The notes below the pieces were generated by a model. That model was given only the letters and a program-made list of their open reading frames with translations. It had not been told where the DNA came from and made no database searches. Positions 61,603 through 64,000 of a stretch of 64,000 nt of DNA are shown here, one piece after another. Source of the DNA: Patescibacteria group bacterium (GTDB lineage Bacteria > Patescibacteriota > Patescibacteriia > UBA10025 > JAHIVO01); assembly GCA_043808365.1 (NCBI GenBank), contig JAZDEZ010000015.1:20683-84682 (forward strand), read 5' to 3'. Position numbers and translations under genes: made by a program. Numbering within the stretch: position 1 is the stretch's first letter; every line of letters begins with the position of its first letter.

Positions 61603-62181
61603 CTATTTCCTCCCCATATGTTTGAGCGCCGCCTTGACCCGGTCTTTTACCGATTCGACCGACGGATCAACCTGCCGCAACGCTTCACGCGCTTCCCTGG
61701 CAGAATATCCTAGGGTGGTCATGGCATCAATGGCATGATGGTCGAATGCCGCACCGGATAATTGGCCGGCTTCTACCGTCTCATCGCCGAGTTTGTCTTT
61801 CAGTTCCACCACTATACGTTCTGCTGTTTTCGTGCCGATACCGGACACTTTAGTCAACAATGACGCGTCGCCCTGCACGATCGCCCTTTTAAGTTCGGGC
61901 ACGGTAGCCAGCGACATGACTGCCAAAGCTGATTTCGGTCCGATGCCGGAAACAGACAGGAGCAATCGGAAAAAATCCCGCTCAGCCAAGCCGGTAAATC
62001 CGTATAATTCAATCGCTTCTTCCCGGACATGCTGGTAGGTGTACAGCTCGAGCGGAGATCCGATTTTTACTTTTTCCAATACCAGCGGCAGGCAAAAAAT
62101 TTCATACCCAACGCCAGTTACGTCAATGACAACCGCCTTCTCCGTTTTAAGTTTAATTATGCCGGAAATGTACGCGATCAT
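61603..62181 (-). CDS. ruvA: Holliday junction branch-migration complex subunit RuvA.
   Basis: MIAYISGIIK...VGYEIFC..., HhH motifs (SGIGPKSALAV, VSGIGTKTAERIV), and C-terminal domain III. ATG at 62181 gives 192 aa. The longer listed ORF carries a spurious N-terminal extension. Confidence 0.8.
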   Translation of the reverse strand: MIAYISGIIKLKTEKAVVIDVTGVGYEIFCLPLVLEKVKIGSPLELYTYQHVREEAIELYGFTGLAERDFFRLLLSVSGIGPKSALAVMSLATVPELKRAIVQGDASLLTKVSGIGTKTAERIVVELKDKLGDETVEAGQLSGAAFDHHAIDAMTTLGYSAREAREALRQVDPSVESVKDRVKAALKHMGRK

Positions 62182-62287
62182 ATGGATAAAGTATAGCAAA
62201 AAAAAGACCTGAGATACAGCCGGGCCGACAACCGCTTGACAAAAACCGGGAAATGCCGTATGCTGAAGCATTAATTTTTCAATACAC

Positions 62288-63865
62288 ATGATGACAAACG
62301 GCAAATACATTGTCTCGCTATTCATCATTGCACTCGGTAGTGCCATGTTTTTAGGCTGGCCAGGAGCATCACAGGCGGCGTGCGCCAGCAATACGACTCA
62401 GCTGCAAATCATCAGTCGCGACACTGACGGCCAGCTGCTCCCCGGCGTCAATTACCTCCTCTACCAACAAAGAAAAAATCCCGACAACCAGCCGTATTTC
62501 GGGACCAAGCTCGCCTCTGGCAAAACCGATGCTGGCGGCCAAGCCACCGTATGTGTCGGTACTAAAAACTTCCCGCTGGGCATCAAACTCTATACGCTGT
62601 CGGCCGCCTACGGGTACCAGGTCATCTGGCAGGACCGTTTCTCGGCATCCGCCAACGGCTATGCGGTAGAAGCGGCTTTCGGTTATTTCGACGTGATGTT
62701 CCGTGACGCCCAGGGCCGATTGCTGGCCAAAAAACCGTTCCAGTTATTCGCCCAGCAATATGATGCCGACGGACAACCCGTCTCCCCCGCCAACCAATTC
62801 ATCACTACCTATATTTTAGGCGGGCAACAAACCACGGGCGTTACCGGACGGGTTCGCCTGCATCTGGCGGCCGGTACGTACGTTTTCAAGATACCCGCCG
62901 ATGCCGGGCAATATTATCACCTCTATAACCAAAAATTGGCAGCCGGGCAATCGAAAATAATCAACTACCAGCTCGGCGCCATCCACCTGAAAATCGAAAA
63001 TGCCCTGGGCGAAGCCCTGCCGAATTTCAAATTTGCAGTATATGCGCAAGGCCAGGACAGCACACGCCAGCCGATTCTCGGACTGCCCCTTTTCAAATTG
63101 GCAACGGCCAATGAGAACGGCGTCTACGACCTCTACCTGCCCGACGGCACGTACGTCATCCGCGGACTCAATCCGGCAACCAAGACGTATTATATGCATT
63201 GGTCTATTAAAGGCCGCAATCAGGGCGCATCAACGGTCACGTGGCGGCTCAGTGGCGTGCGCGTCAATCTGCTGAGTGCCGATCGCCTGCCGTTGCCCAA
63301 CACCGCATTCAAAATCGGACTGACGAGCGCTGACTCCCAGGGAAACTGGACGCTCGCCAAACCGATCATAAATGCCACAACGGACGCCAACGGGCGGGCG
63401 GACATTCTCCTGACTCCCGGCAATTACTCGTTGTCCTACGGCAACAACCAGCTCCATAACCTGGCCGTCACCGGCGGTCAATTCGTGCTCATCGACTGGC
63501 CCCATGCCTATTCCATTCGGCCGGAGGGCGGCGAAATGGCCCTGACCACGCCGCTGGCCAATTCCAACGTAAAAATCACCGGCTTATCAGCCACTAACGT
63601 CCGTGGCCTTTCCATGCGCAAGCAGAATGTCGGCACCCCGTACCGCATCACCGCCAATACGCTCAGCCAGCCGTACACCGTCGTCTTTTTCTATAACAAA
63701 GAGAAGTTAGCCGCCCGCGGCATCAATACGGATAAATTGCGCATCGCCTTTTATAACGGCCGGACTAAAACTTGGGGACTGGTCGGCGCGAATAATTACT
63801 CGACGGGACGGCTTACCGCCAGCGTAAGAGATACCGGAATATTTACGCTAATAGAAATCAATTAA
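62288..63865 (+). CDS. Secreted hypothetical protein with repeated beta-sandwich (carboxypeptidase-regulatory-like) segments.
   Basis: Signal peptide (ALGSAMFLGWPGASQA). Recurring G-x-Y-x-L/hydrophobic-Gly repeat units (PGNYSLSYG, DGTYVIRG, AGTYVFKI). Confidence 0.45.
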   Translation: MMTNGKYIVSLFIIALGSAMFLGWPGASQAACASNTTQLQIISRDTDGQLLPGVNYLLYQQRKNPDNQPYFGTKLASGKTDAGGQATVCVGTKNFPLGIKLYTLSAAYGYQVIWQDRFSASANGYAVEAAFGYFDVMFRDAQGRLLAKKPFQLFAQQYDADGQPVSPANQFITTYILGGQQTTGVTGRVRLHLAAGTYVFKIPADAGQYYHLYNQKLAAGQSKIINYQLGAIHLKIENALGEALPNFKFAVYAQGQDSTRQPILGLPLFKLATANENGVYDLYLPDGTYVIRGLNPATKTYYMHWSIKGRNQGASTVTWRLSGVRVNLLSADRLPLPNTAFKIGLTSADSQGNWTLAKPIINATTDANGRADILLTPGNYSLSYGNNQLHNLAVTGGQFVLIDWPHAYSIRPEGGEMALTTPLANSNVKITGLSATNVRGLSMRKQNVGTPYRITANTLSQPYTVVFFYNKEKLAARGINTDKLRIAFYNGRTKTWGLVGANNYSTGRLTASVRDTGIFTLIEIN

Positions 63866-64000
63866 CTTCTCAAACTCTTTTTCAGAATGCAACGTGCGTT
63901 ACAATCTGGAAAAGAGAGAGGAGATCCTGGTACGTTTGTACAAACAAACCAAGACTTTTTATCCAGCATGCGCCGGACAATGGGCCCTCCTCTATTGGCC

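Noticed and set aside
61603-62391. 262-aa ORF listed for RuvA.
   Set aside because: The N-terminal 70 aa are an upstream read-through. RuvA homology begins at MIAYISG (ATG at 62181).

Overview
The window is a 64-kb chromosomal stretch from a small-genome bacterium. Its gene content (PPi-type phosphofructokinase with a GGDDT motif, a FemAB-family transferase, a split Mur ligase, bacterial Elp3, compact genes with overlapping termini) looks Patescibacteria/CPR-like; this is an inference, not verified. Most of the window is housekeeping: rpoB-rpoC, ftsK, rodZ-like, recA, plsX, murI, a phosphohexomutase, metK, glyA-folD, fba, pfp, ychF, rsmE, trpS, efp, the rpsF-ssb-rpsR cluster, ruvA, and one tRNA-Arg(CCG). 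Between these genes the sequence is rich in accessory and structured-RNA features. (1) A heliorhodopsin gene with the retinal-lysine motif intact. (2) A retron-type reverse transcriptase with a GTG start, preceded by a near-consensus sigma70 promoter and a ~280-nt structured non-coding region that could be its msr/msd. A strongly SD-preceded 68-codon ORF overlaps it, and no canonical effector is present. (3) A dispersed MITE-like repeat family (GTCATTGCGAGGAG ... CGAAGCAATCTC ... CCTCAGGATGAC) in at least 8 copies. Two inverted copies bracket a small GIY-YIG nuclease gene, and one copy lies next to the tRNA-Arg 3' end together with a 13-nt duplicated tRNA-end sequence. (4) A second, ~190-nt pyrimidine-rich intergenic element with a 5' GC hairpin and CCUCC repeats, in 3 copies. 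(5) A SAM-I riboswitch plus terminator upstream of metK. (6) An unclassified tandem-hairpin attenuator/riboswitch-like leader in front of an AstE/AspA hydrolase + GspS-like ATP-grasp gene pair. (7) A promoter-to-terminator ~220-nt candidate sRNA. (8) An Elp3 homolog placed start-to-start (CAT|ATG) against a Trm9-like methyltransferase. All functional calls rest on motif-level reading of the translated ORFs and on sequence patterns. No database searches were run.
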